From: Nageia nagi
Lineage: Eukaryota; Plantae; Pinophyta
DNA length: 64,000 nt
Direction: 5' to 3'
Assembly: GCA_050084985.1 (NCBI GenBank)
Contig: JBITNC010000001.1
Coordinates: forward strand, 199,392,001-199,456,000
Every line of letters starts with the position of its first letter. Position 1 is the first letter of the stretch. The position numbers were made by a program, and so were the translations under genes. A model generated the notes under the pieces. That model did not search any database. It was not told the origin of the DNA and worked only from the letters and a program-made list of their open reading frames with translations. Shown here in pieces: positions 43,080-55,800 of this stretch.

Positions 43080-43401
43080 CTCCTCAAAAAATGGTTTCCA
43101 ACAAAAATATACGTACATATTTGTTGACTCGTTGTGGGCGTCCTGCAAGTGGGTGAGTTCGTTTGGGTATATTCCCAATGATGAGGAGGGGAGAGTGGGG
43201 CCGTGTTGTCGTTGGTGACCTGCTGGCTGTGCCTTTTAACCCGCAATAGCAAGGCGAGGGCCCACATATTCAATGCCCGTCAGGTCCACCCGCACTGTAG
43301 AAGTGGAACATTCGTAACCAATGGGAGTCAACTGATTAAAGTCACCAACCCAGGAGGCACCGGCGAATAAGAAGACGAGGATTTGTCCATTTAACGTTGT
43401 A
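43080..43401 (+). promoter_or_regulatory. CpG-retaining promoter/5' UTR region of the ALKBH10-like gene
   Basis: Abrupt rise in GC and CG dinucleotides; GGGCCCA (site II-like) at 43258; CCAAT at 43318. TSS unknown. Confidence 0.55.
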
Positions 43402-43873
43402 ATGGCGTCGATAGAAATGGTGGAGGACAATGGCAATGGCAACGGAAATGGAAGAAGAAAAGGAAGAGGAAGAGGAAAGAGAGGGATGCAGGATGCATCT
43501 GCATTGCGAGAGAATGAGAGGGAGATGTTTATATCGTGGATTAGAGGCGAATTTGCAGCAGCGAATGCAATAATTGATGCATTGTGCAATCATTTGAGGA
43601 TTGTGGGGGAGCCTCGACAATATGAGTTTGTGCTCGCCTACATTCAGCAGCGCCGCTTCAACTGGATGCCCCTCCTACACTCTCAACATTACTACTCCAT
43701 CGCAGATATTGTTTACTCTATCAACCAAGTCGCCTACTCCAAAATCTCAATAAACAATAATGGTGTGGCGCCACAAAGCCAGAGCAACGAAGAAATGTGC
43801 AGCGATAAAAGTGAAGATTGTATACAGCAGAACGATGACCTATCCAACTCCAATCATGCGGAGAAGAGCAACG
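43402..43873 (+). CDS. ALKBH10B: ALKBH10-like exon 1
   Basis: ATG in context GTAATGGCG; conserved [12 protein letters not shown] motif; donor ACG|GTAAGC. Confidence 0.92.
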
Positions 43874-46800
43874 GTAAGCATCGACTTATGTTTTTGCTGG
43901 TTGTGAGTATACATTATTCACATTGGCAATGCAATCAAATGAGATGAAGAAGATGACTATGGCAAGCGACCATGTACACATTACCCGCCCCAAAAAATAA
44001 TTGATTATGTTTTCAATATTGATGACTATGATTTGATTGCTAGACAATGGTCTCCAGCGATGAAGGGAACACCACATTTCCTTTTATCTCATAGGAGAAA
44101 ATGCTATTGCTTCACAAATTCTTTTCAAGTTTTCGAAAATAGTGATGATGATTTCCAGGAGAATAGTCGCGCATTGCCGAATCGTATGGTGCAAATATTT
44201 TAGTAATTATATCACACTGACTTACAGAAAAAAAAAACATTTTACGAGAATTTTAGAGCGGGGTGAAGCTAACTCTAGTTAATGGGCACGCATTTCTAGG
44301 TCTTGGTTATATGAAATTAGTTATGTCGTGCTGACAGACGTGAATGTCGGGAGCAGGCTCCTCTGCTGAAGGCAACATTGGTAGTCGTCCGCGGAAGGCT
44401 CTTTAATCGAGGAAAGCTCTGTATTTCTCTCTTTTTTATCTGGTTATGTCGTTAACCGTCCAACGTTATACGTCACACTTCTGCAAATGTTAGTTCAAAG
44501 TTAAAGAAACATAGGAAAATCTGTCATATAATCAAGGAGAGCAGTTAAAAAAAATATATATGTTTAATGGAACGAAATAATAAGAATTGTAGCCAAGATA
44601 TTTAAATAATACATAAGGACAATTTAAAGATTTTTGCATGATCAAATGGTGATTATTCGAAGAATCTCAAAGGAGGGAAACGTAGTGGAAATTACAGATG
44701 GAAGATGACTCTTGATTTTCTCAAAAATCGAAAAGATTTTCCTATAATTCTTTAGGAGAATGGAGATATATTAATATGAATCGAAAGTAAGACAGAAGGC
44801 ACAACCAGAAATATGTTTAAAAAGGTTCCCCAAGATCAATGTTTGGTTGTGGTTAACTGTGAAGAACAAGATCATGACAAATGATGATAAAATATTAAGG
44901 GAATGAAGAAGAACATTAGTATGTTGCCTCTGATAGGAAATAATTTTTCATCATTCTATAAGCTATAGGTTTGAGAATTCGGAATTCTTTCCTTAAAAAG
45001 ATGAGACAACTGTGGCGCATAGACATAGCAAAGAATTTGAAGGTATTTTTAAAAGGTTGGACTTATCTTTCCAAATTTTCTATTGTCTAACAGATTTGAA
45101 GACTAAGACCAAAGGTAATTGGTTGAAATATCTGGCTGGAGAGAAATTGCAGAATCTTCGAAGGCAAGAACTTTGAGTTTTGGACAACTAATCAGCGTAG
45201 TTAAGACCATTTGTGAAGGTCTCTAGTCAAGAAAGTTCCAAAATTCATTCTAGATAGGATTTAATTTACTCCCTTGCTAGGGAGGGTGCAGCATGGGCTA
45301 AGTTTAGGAAGGATAAATAGGATAGACTGGAGGAATGCAGATGTGAAGATCAATTTTGATGGCCTTCGAAAGGAAATTCAGCAAGGTTGAGGATGGCATT
45401 GTCATAACTTTTTGCCATGGGTATAGAGAGGTTGCTAAGAAATAAAACAAAAGCTTTGGTAGGCTTGGGTGCTTTTCATCTCATTTGCCAACATAACTGG
45501 AAGGAAGTATGCATAGCAAGGGATTCTCAAAGAGTTATTTCTATTTTCAAAGGACTTCAGCCAACTAACTAGGAGCTCATAGATATCTAGAAGACTAGAA
45601 GCATTCGGAGGTTATGAAGTTCCATATTAGATAGAGAGAAATTTAAAAAAGTTAGACATATGAAAAGGGCTACCAACAAGATAACAGACTGGTTAGTCAA
45701 CCAAGGGACACTCATTTGCATAGGATATGGCAATATAGACACAATCCTTTAGAAAGAACTTAACGCATAAGTGAATAGATTCTATCATAAGTTTCTTCAT
45801 GTGCGATCTTATGAATATGTATGGGTTGATGTTGAGGCTGATGCGAATATGAAGGTACCAGTTGGACATTTTTTTGTAATTATAAATATTGCTCTTGGAC
45901 CCAGCTCCCAGTAGAAGCTAGTGAATATTATTTTAATTGCAATTTAAGACATGATCTTTAATTACTATTGGTCGATTGATCTTCAGGTCTATGCTCACGT
46001 TATCCATGTTCCTGGAGTTGATTTGGAGTTAACAATTGGTTGGTTTTGAAATTATCAATCATATGGATTTATTGGGATCTATTCTTGTCATGGTCTTGCC
46101 AATTTTATTTGATAGTGTGGGAACATTGTTGTAACAACTAATAGTGTTGAAGTTTGCAGTGATCTTAAGAAAACTCTTATCAAAAAGATCGAGCAAAAAT
46201 CAATCTTAAAACTCTTTGCATAAAGTTGTAAGCAAAAATATACACCACACTTAACAAACTTCCAAATTGTCATTGTATAGTATACTGATGTATCTTGTTT
46301 TGACATTTCAGGTTGTCCAAAAGAGGATATGTATGAAGATTCTCCAATTCTTATGAAAAAGGAAGATGGACAGAGGCAGGCTATGATTAAGACGATTACA
46401 AACTTTGTAGCTAATGAAATAGTTGATGGACAGTTGGTAAGACATATTTCTTGATTTCACCGTATCACTTAATTTGAAAAGTGCATGTAACTTATTAGGA
46501 TTGTTCATCTCTGCACCCAGGCATATCGTTGGAACTCCAGAAAAATTTATGGCCTCAAACTAATCATAAACATTTTTTTGTTTAATTTACCAGGTCAACA
46601 TTGTGAAAGGCCTGAAGCTGTATGAAAATATTTTTAACGGTTCGGAGCTTTTAGACCTTACTAGCTTTATAGATGAACTTCAAATCGCAGGACAGCAAGG
46701 GAAACTTGGAGGCAAGTAATGTTATTCTTAGTTAACAGATATTCATTGTTACTGTAGTCTTCTGTATTAATGATTGTATGATTTCTACTTTCGTACATGA

Positions 46801-49800
46801 TGGTTAGTTTTTAAAATCTAAAACTAGAAATGGATGCCACACCCTAAACATGATTCTTTTTTTTGTATTAATATTTCTGGTCATATACTTATTTATTTTC
46901 TCATTTTCCTGTCTTATACTTCCTTTCCTGGTTTGTCCAAATACTGCATATTTAGAAACGGATGCCACATCCTAAAGAACTTGATAGATGCATATGTTAC
47001 TAGGCTTTTTAAGACTTAAGTGTCTCAGCAAGCCATCTTCTTGTTTTCATTGCAGCCTCACTGCAAAAGTGATCTGAAAATCAAAATATAAACTCACGGG
47101 ATGCAGATCTGGACTATGAAATAATAAATGTTGCAAGATAATTCCACATAAATCAGCCGAGAATCAAAAATTAGCTAACAGAAACAATAAAACAGGGCCT
47201 CCAAGACCTTATAGCCAAAATAAGTCTCAGACCTTCAAATCCCTCGCATATTCTTTTCTTGACTGCTCCCCTGGAATTGTCTAGTATTTTTAATTATCTT
47301 CTAGAAAGCACTTACTACTAATTAGTCAACCCTTTGTTAAAAGAGCTATTACTATTTGTTTATATTGTTTCTTTTGCAAAGCAACTATTCATCCTAACCA
47401 ACACAAACTGTTATCAAATAGCAGCACTCCCATATGGGCATTTCATAGTAAGATCTCCAGGTCCAGAACTAACTTAACAACAAACAAATTTATTATGGAT
47501 CCTTTAGGTGTGTATAATGTGAACTTCCCTGGCTGAAAATTTTTAAATTCAATAGTTCATAGCTGTGAGTCTTTGTTGAATATACATAGTTCTCCTGTGA
47601 TCCAAGACTTGCCGGAATCTGGAAGTCTTTTCCAATTGACAAAATACAAAGGAAATTCTTTATTTTTTGTAGAAACATTTTTTATATCTAATACTCCTTA
47701 AATTTGTTATATTTTCTTTTGGGAGTATGTTTTAAACGATTGTTATCTTTGGAGCTTTGTGAGAACATATGGACCGGCTAGGATTCGGGCCTAATATTGT
47801 TTGTGTAAGGAACAATCGCTCTACCACCATGCTACCAGACCTCTTGTTAAGAATGTTTTTTGTGGAGCATGGATCAACCTTCAACAAACTTTGCATACTT
47901 TAGGCCCTTAGGGGTAGATCTCAAGGGTGAAGACAAAAATGGTTGTTGAAAAGAGAGGAGCAAAATCTTTTCCACTTATTTAGCCATTGAATTTCAGGAC
48001 TTATTCAAGGCTATGGATGGATTCTGTTGGGTCTTTTCTTTAATGAATTTCAAATATGATCGGTAAGATTAGGCCTCCAATGTACCTTTAATTGACATGA
48101 CAATGTTTTAAAACTAAATCTTGATGAAAGTCCTTCGAAATGATTTTCAATTTGGCACAGTTGAAAGTACTAATCAATTACTAATCAATGTCTAATCCTA
48201 ATTAATAGAGCTATTGCAATTTTTTTTATTACTTTTATAAAGTAACAACTGTCCCTAAATAACCGAAACTGTTACAAAAAAACAGCAATGCTGTATGGGC
48301 ATTTAATAAGATTCCCTATCTTGCAAATAATTCATTGAAAGATAGCCAGTTTCAAAACTACCCTAGGAATAAGCATCTGATATAAACATTATGAATCATG
48401 TAGGTTTACATAATGTGAGCTCCCTTGGCTAAAGACTTCTGAACCCATAGTTCAAAGACGGAAATCTTTGTTGATTCTTTTCTGATCCAAGAGTTGCGGA
48501 AATATGGAAGTCCTTTCTTCTTGAGGAAATACAATGGATACTCATTTTTCTTTTGGCAACAACATTTTTGTTTTATTGCCCATTCAAGTGGTTATATTTT
48601 ATTCTTGGTTCTATCTTTTGTAGAATTTGTGTTATCCCTTCAAGCTTTGTTAGAATACATGGATCAACTAGGATTCAAATCTAGGACCTCCTGAATAAGG
48701 ATTTGTATTATTCCAAATTATAAAAATTAGGAATTGTCACAAATTATATCAAGAAAATGCAAATTAAGCCAAGTATGGATGCCAAAAATCAGATCTGATA
48801 TTATTGATGCTCAAGAGATAAATACAAAGTGTCCAAAATGGCCTCTAGGGCTGGACGTCGCACAAGAAATGCTCAAAATGTAGCTACAAGGGCTCAACAT
48901 CTAGCTTACTGGCTAGATCTAGTACTCCAAATCCTCCATAAGGCTGACATCACACTCCTGGGCTGATGGTCTCCTGAATGAATGCTGAAAGTCTTTTCAC
49001 AAGGTTTTCGAAGTTTAATGAGACTCCAAGAATGGCAGGAGCTTGATGAGGCTCCACCGAGGGCATGAAAGCTTGATGAGGCTTCCGATCATGAGAATAA
49101 GGGTGGCATTGTCCAATTTGACAAGAAGATGTTTGAATATGCAAAGATATCCTCAACCATATTTCCACTCCTTATACCTATACGTCACACCTAGAGGCTA
49201 GACGTCCACCTTGAAATCCCCAAAATCATCTTGGGTCATGTATGCTTGGAATTTTGGGCCATGAAGTCATAAAATCACTCCTAGATGTCCTAAAATGCAT
49301 TAATCTACTCAAGGAGGTAAAACATCCCACTTAGGCTCACAATCATTCTTGAGATTTACAAATAAATAATAAATTGGGCCTACTCTTACTAAATAGGGGC
49401 TTTTACGATTAAAATACAAAATCACTCCTAATTAATTACAAAATATATTTTTGATTTAATTATGTAATTTCCAATTATGGAAAATTACAGGATTAGTCTC
49501 CTTGCCAGTATGCTACCAGCCATCTTGTTAGAATATTTATCATGAATTGTGACCTTCAACAAGATCCACCTTTATCATTAGACTTTTGAGGTAGATTTCA
49601 AGGGTGAAGGTGAGGGATTTGTTCAAAAGAGAGGATTAATTTTTTTTGACATCTTTGATCATTTGTTACAAGACTAGTTTTCAACCTTATTACACAAACT
49701 TATTAAAATACCCTTGTCATGGAAGAGTTAGCATGCTTTGCTAGAACTTAAATGTAGTCCTTAGGAAGAGGCAATACTGAAGATATATTTTCTTCATCTT

Positions 49801-52800
49801 GTAGAAAAACAATCCTAAAAAAACTTATTTTTCATCTTATAGCAGAAGTAGTTCTAAAGATATCTCTTTCTCATCTTACAGCAGAAGCAATCCTAAAGAT
49901 ATTTCTTTTTCATAGCCAATAGAAGTACCAAATGAAGACATCCATTGGAAAAGTAAATATAAAAAAATATAAAAACATTTCATAACTACTACCTTCCATG
50001 TTTAGAAGTCCCAAATCCTTCTAGTAGTTTCTCTTTTTGATCTTAATTCTTTAAATTGTTTTTTTTTTTGAGAGGACATAAAAATCCTCATTTCTTTGCC
50101 CCTTACGTTTCCTTTCATATTCTGTATTGAAAAATGTCACTTTTTTATTTCTTATTTTGTGGGTCATATATTATCATGTTAGAATATAATTCTAACCATG
50201 TGACATTTGTGGGAAAACAAAACAAATTTAAAACTCCTTCTATAACTATAGAGTAGAAGAATATGTAACTATAGGAATATTTTAGTTTGTAACAACTTTG
50301 GACTGTTAGCACTCTTGTAACAATTTTAGAATCTTTTCTATGAGTGTAAAAATGTATAAAACATTCATTGTAACCCTTGAGAATTCATATGGAATAGAAA
50401 AAATCATTCCTAAAGCTGGTGTGTAGTTATTTTTTGTGTGTAGTCGAGATTTTCTATTAGAAAATCCATGATCTTTCGGGGGTTATAAATTTTTTTACAG
50501 AAATTATTTTATTGCAAGTGGTACACCTTTGAAAAACTTGTTTCAAAATCTTTTCACCAATATATAATTTTCCATACCTTGTATATAAATTGCCACTACA
50601 CTAGCCATTTTTCACTAGGCTATCCTACTATCATTTCCAAAATTGTTACCAATAGGATCTCATGTTGCTATGATTTTCCAAAGTTTTATAGAACCATATG
50701 AATTTTTTTATATACCATTATAAATCTCTTTTTAATGATATAAAACACTCTATATTTTCTTTGAGAATCGTCACCACACCAACCCTTTCTTTGTGAGGTA
50801 TTTCTGCTATGAAATTGCTAATGATAGGGTCTTCTTTTACCACGATTTGGTAGAGATTTATAGCTCCATTTGCAAATTGCTATACACCATTAGAAATCTC
50901 TTTTAAGACCTTTCCAACAGCATATAACACTCTATAGTTTGTTTAGAGTTCACCACAAATTCTCCATAGTGTTGTAAATTACCGTTTTAGTGGTTTTGTT
51001 CATATTGGCGATTTTACTTAGTTTTGGTGATTTTGTTCATTTCTTCATTAGGTATCAGAGCTTTGTTTGATTGGAGCGTTCGAGTATTTGTGTGAGTCGT
51101 TCTAACAATTTATCAAGTTGTTTTTTGAGACTTCTTGTAGTTTCATTGTTGTTTGTGTGCAATGGCTGACAACACTAACTCATTGCCAATCCTTGAGTTT
51201 AATGGTGAAGATTATGAGTACTAGAGTATTAAGATGAAGAATTTGTTGATAGGAAAGGTCTTTGGGATATTTTATTCATTCAATAGCATACTTCCACTTT
51301 GAAATTCTAAATTCACCAACTAAATTTGTCACAAGGCTACAAGGCATTGGTCTAGATCTTGAACTTAATTCTTGATTTTTTGAATTTAACCTTTCAAACT
51401 CTTAAGAATTTGAAAGTAGAAGAGTTTGAAATGAGCTTAAATCAGATTTTGAATCAACATCTTAAGATTGAGCATTAAAAAGATAAAGCGAGATTTGTAG
51501 ATCTGATCCTAATGGAGACATCCATGACTTTCTAGATGAAAAGTCAAATATGGAGGGACTTGAATACCTTCACTTATGACTTTCTTAAATCAACATGACA
51601 CATGCGATATTCCTTTTATAATTTTTTTTTCTAGCAAACCCTCAACATAAAAATGCAAAGATAAATCGCAGCAATAAAACAACTCAGAAATTGCTCATAA
51701 AATAACACAAGGATGACGAGAAATCAGCCAGTATCATATATTAAATATTGCCAAACTGATACAATAGCTGGAATGGAAAAATGGAGTCCTCAACTAACTT
51801 AAAATGTAGATACAAACTCCCACAAGTTGGACGAACTGACCCCAAGGCTGAACTGATGCAAAAACTCCTCAAAAATGACCCCAAATACAAGCATAGGGTT
51901 TGGGGCTACCAACAAGTCTGAAACACATGCCACAAACCACTCACAGATGCCTCTTTTTGTATTTTTGATATTTTAGGGCAACAACACCTTCAATGATATT
52001 GCCACATCCCCAACCATGTACCTCCAATGCAGTATGGGAATGAGCAAGACATGCAATCTCAACTTATGGAAACTTTAGGGTTTCAATATTCAATTTTGAT
52101 ATCAACATAACATGCCCAAAATGGGACGCTCACTTCTTTTTATATGATGAGGTTCTAATTTGGAGTTGACATCTCCCAACCCTAAAATCACTTAAAGTGC
52201 CCTATTATAGCATAAAAACATAAAACATAAATAAACACAACTCAAGTTTTGTCTCCTAGTCACATGAACCCCTTTTTTCACTTTTATAATTAATTGTAGG
52301 AGGCATTTATAAAAATATTTATTTTTGGGACATTATAAGTCCACCCTCCTCAAATTGTTTGTCCTCAAGCAAAGTCAAAGTTGGAGCGTCTAAAATTTCT
52401 GCACCTTCCCAAGTAGCATCCTCCATAGGCAAGTCTTTACACTTCACAAGATATTCTTTGATAGTCCTCCTCCTAAGATTTCTCTCCCTTGTCTCAAGGA
52501 TCAATTCAGGTTCAAGAATGAGCTTTCCTTCATCATCAAGGGGTGGCAAATCTGCAGATGGCTGAATATGTTGGCCTAGAGCCTTTTTCAAGTAAGAAAC
52601 ATGAAAAACATTGTGTATTTTACTCTCACTTGGAAGTTCCAAAGCATATGCAACCTGTCCAACCTTACTAATCACCTTTTAAGGCCCATAGAACTTGGGT
52701 TTTAGCTTCTCTGCTCCACTCCTCTTCAATTTGGACTGTTTGTAGGGCTACAACCTAACATAAACCAAGTCACCCACCTCAAATGAGCTCTCACTATGTT

Positions 52801-55800
52801 GCTGATTTGTATATTTCTTCTACTGCTTTTGTGCTATAAAAATATTTTCCTTCAAAGCATTAAGAATATCTTGATTTTCTGCTCCAAAGTCTCTACCATT
52901 TTCGACCCTTGAATCACCAAAAATCATATTTGAAAAGTGTGGGGCATCATAACCATAAAGTGCCTTGAATGGATACATTTTTATGGATATATGATAAGTA
53001 GAATTGTAGCAATATTCACCAAGGTGCAGCCATAACCAATGCATTTTGTTGACCTGAAACATAATTTCTCAAATATCCTTCAAGCTATTTGTTAAAACTT
53101 TCAGTTTGCCCATTAGTTTGGGGATGGTAGCTAGTACTAGGAGTCAATTTAGTACCACATAGCTTAAACAATTCCTACCAAAACATGCTCAAAAATTTGT
53201 TGTCCCTATCACTCACAATGGATTTAGGCAAACCATGCAACTTGAAAACTTCTTTAAAAAACAAATCAGCAACTTGTATGGCTATATAAGTTGTTGAAAT
53301 AGCATAGAAATGAGCAAATTTTGTCGATCTATCAACAACAATGAATTTGCAATCCCTCATGTATACCTTGGGCAAACCAGTAATGAAATCCATGGAGATA
53401 CTTTCCCATTTTTGATTGAGAATAGGAAGTGGTTGAAGTAAACCAGCTGAGAATTCATGTTCTCCCTTGTTTTCTTGGCAAATAACACATTCCTGAACAT
53501 GCAATAAAAACATCCCTTTTCAAACCTTTTCAATAGAATCTTTCTCTAACCTATTTGTAAGTCTTGTAGAAACTTGGATGGCCTACAAGTGGAGCATCAT
53601 GCATGGCTGTAATTAAAGCTTGTTTCAGCTTTGATTCAGGTACTAAAAACACTCTTCCTTTGAAAAAAATCTGTCCTTCTTTATGGCTGAACTTGTCATC
53701 TTCAACTTGCCAATTTATTAGTTTAAAACAAAAATCATTCTTCACATATTCAGCCATAATTTTCACCTTCCAATCAGCAAAAATAATGGAAAGAGAATGA
53801 AAAGTAGGGTGCCTAGAAAGTGGATCAGCAGCTGAATTCTTCTTACCCTTTACAAACTCAATTTCAAAATCATATGATTGCAACTTTGTTACCCATTTTT
53901 GCTACCTTTCATTTAGTTTAGCTTGCCCAAAGAAATATTTCAAACCGTTATGATCAGTTTTGACCACAAACTTCCACACACCAAGTATTGCTTGAATTTG
54001 GTCAAGGCATGCATGATAGCTAGCATCTCTTTATCGTAGATGCTGAAAGTTTTCTCCACATTTGAGAGCTTTCTACTCTCATAGGCAATGGGCGTCTTTG
54101 TTGCATAAGTACAGCTCCAACTCTTGCACATGAAGCATCACAAGCAATAGTAAAAGCAACAGAAAAATCAGGAATAACAAGTAAAGGAGTGGAAGTCATT
54201 ACATCCTTCAGCTTTAGAAAAGCTAGAAGAGCCTCATTGGACCATGAAAAAGCGCTTTTCTTTGTCAATTCAGTAAGGGGGGCAGCCAAAGGAGAAAACC
54301 CCTTAATGAACCTTCTGTAGTAACTGCATAAACCCACAAAACCTCTCAATTCTGTTAGGTTGGATGGTATAGGCCATCTTTGTACAGCTGAAACTTTAGT
54401 TTGATCAACTTTGACCCCATCTTTGCAAATGATATGTCCCAAGTACAAAATTTCAGTCATAGCAAATTCACACTTAGATTCTTTTGCATAAAACTCTTGC
54501 TATCCTAAAATGCTCAAAACTGAATCTAAATGTTGTAAATGATCATCCCAATTTTTGCAATACACCAAAATATCATCAAAAAATACCAAGACAAAGCACC
54601 TCAAATGCTGATTGAAAAGTGGCAATTGCATTAGTTAATCCAAAAGGCATAACCATAAACTCATAGTGTCCACAATGGCATCTAAATGATGTTTTATACA
54701 CATCCTCATCCCTCATACGAATTTGATAATGTCCTGATCTAAGATCAATTTTTGAAAAATACATTGCCCCATGTAACTCATCTATCAATTCATTAACTCT
54801 AGGATTAGAATATCTATTTTTTATGGTCCTTTTATTCAATGCCCTATAATCAATGCACATTCTCATAGTTCCATCCTTCTTTTTCACTAAAACAACAAGT
54901 GAAGCAAAAGGACTACAACTATGTCTAATGTGTCCACTCTCAAGCAATCCAACAATTGTTTTTTCAATCTCATCTTTAAAAACCTTTGGATGCCTATAAG
55001 GTTTTATTATAACAGGTTTACTATTTGCTTCCAATTCAATAACATGTTGAAAACCTCTACTAGGTGGCAAACCTTTAGGTAGGTTTGAAAATACCTTAAG
55101 ATGTTTTTGTAGCAAACCTTGAATTTGAGGATGATAAGTGGCTGATTTTTTTCCTTTTGTACTGAAAATTACAGCTGCCCCCTCAATGTCCCTATGCCTC
55201 ATCATTCTCTCCATTCTTTTGCAAAAGACCTCCAAAATTTTGCAAGAATCTTTTGGCCCATTTTCCTTGATTCCTTGCAACATGACATCTTTCCCTTCAA
55301 GCACAAATTTCAGTTCTAATTTTTGATAATTAGTAACATAATCACCAAGTGAATACAACCATTGTACACCCAAAACCATATGTTATAAGATCACCATTGC
55401 CAATAGCAACACTGAAACCAAGAATGATAGATGTAGGAAGATTCTTTCTAGTGGCAAACTTCTCATCAACAAAATTGTAAGTAGCACTACCATCTATTAA
55501 AACAATAACCTTTTCTTCAAAAGATCTACCCGATACTTTAATAGTACGAAACTGATTCAGCCCACTCAAAGTGGCTAGAGAACCTTCAAGAACTTCCTCA
55601 TACTACCTTTGTGCTTCCTCTTCCAAAGGTGTCTCATCTACCTCATAAAGATCAGAATTATCAGAATCAGAATGTAATTCAATGATTTTCATACCTCCTT
55701 TTTTTCATTTATGACCTCTTTGCCAAGGAGACTTGCAAATGTTCCTTAGCTCATCTTTCTCTTCTTGTGTTAAGCGTGGGCCATTTGGGGGCTTATTAGG

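Noticed and set aside
43028-43620. Minus-strand ORFs overlapping exon 1 and the promoter
   Set aside because: Antisense shadows of a GC-rich coding region, with no recognisable motifs.
43874-43947. C-terminal tail of the 181-aa ORF (KHRLMFLL...)
   Set aside because: Lies past a strong GTAAGC donor, so it is intron read-through.
47770-47842. Functional tRNA gene
   Set aside because: Degenerate B-box (GGCCCGAATCC), mismatched acceptor stem and no clear anticodon arm.
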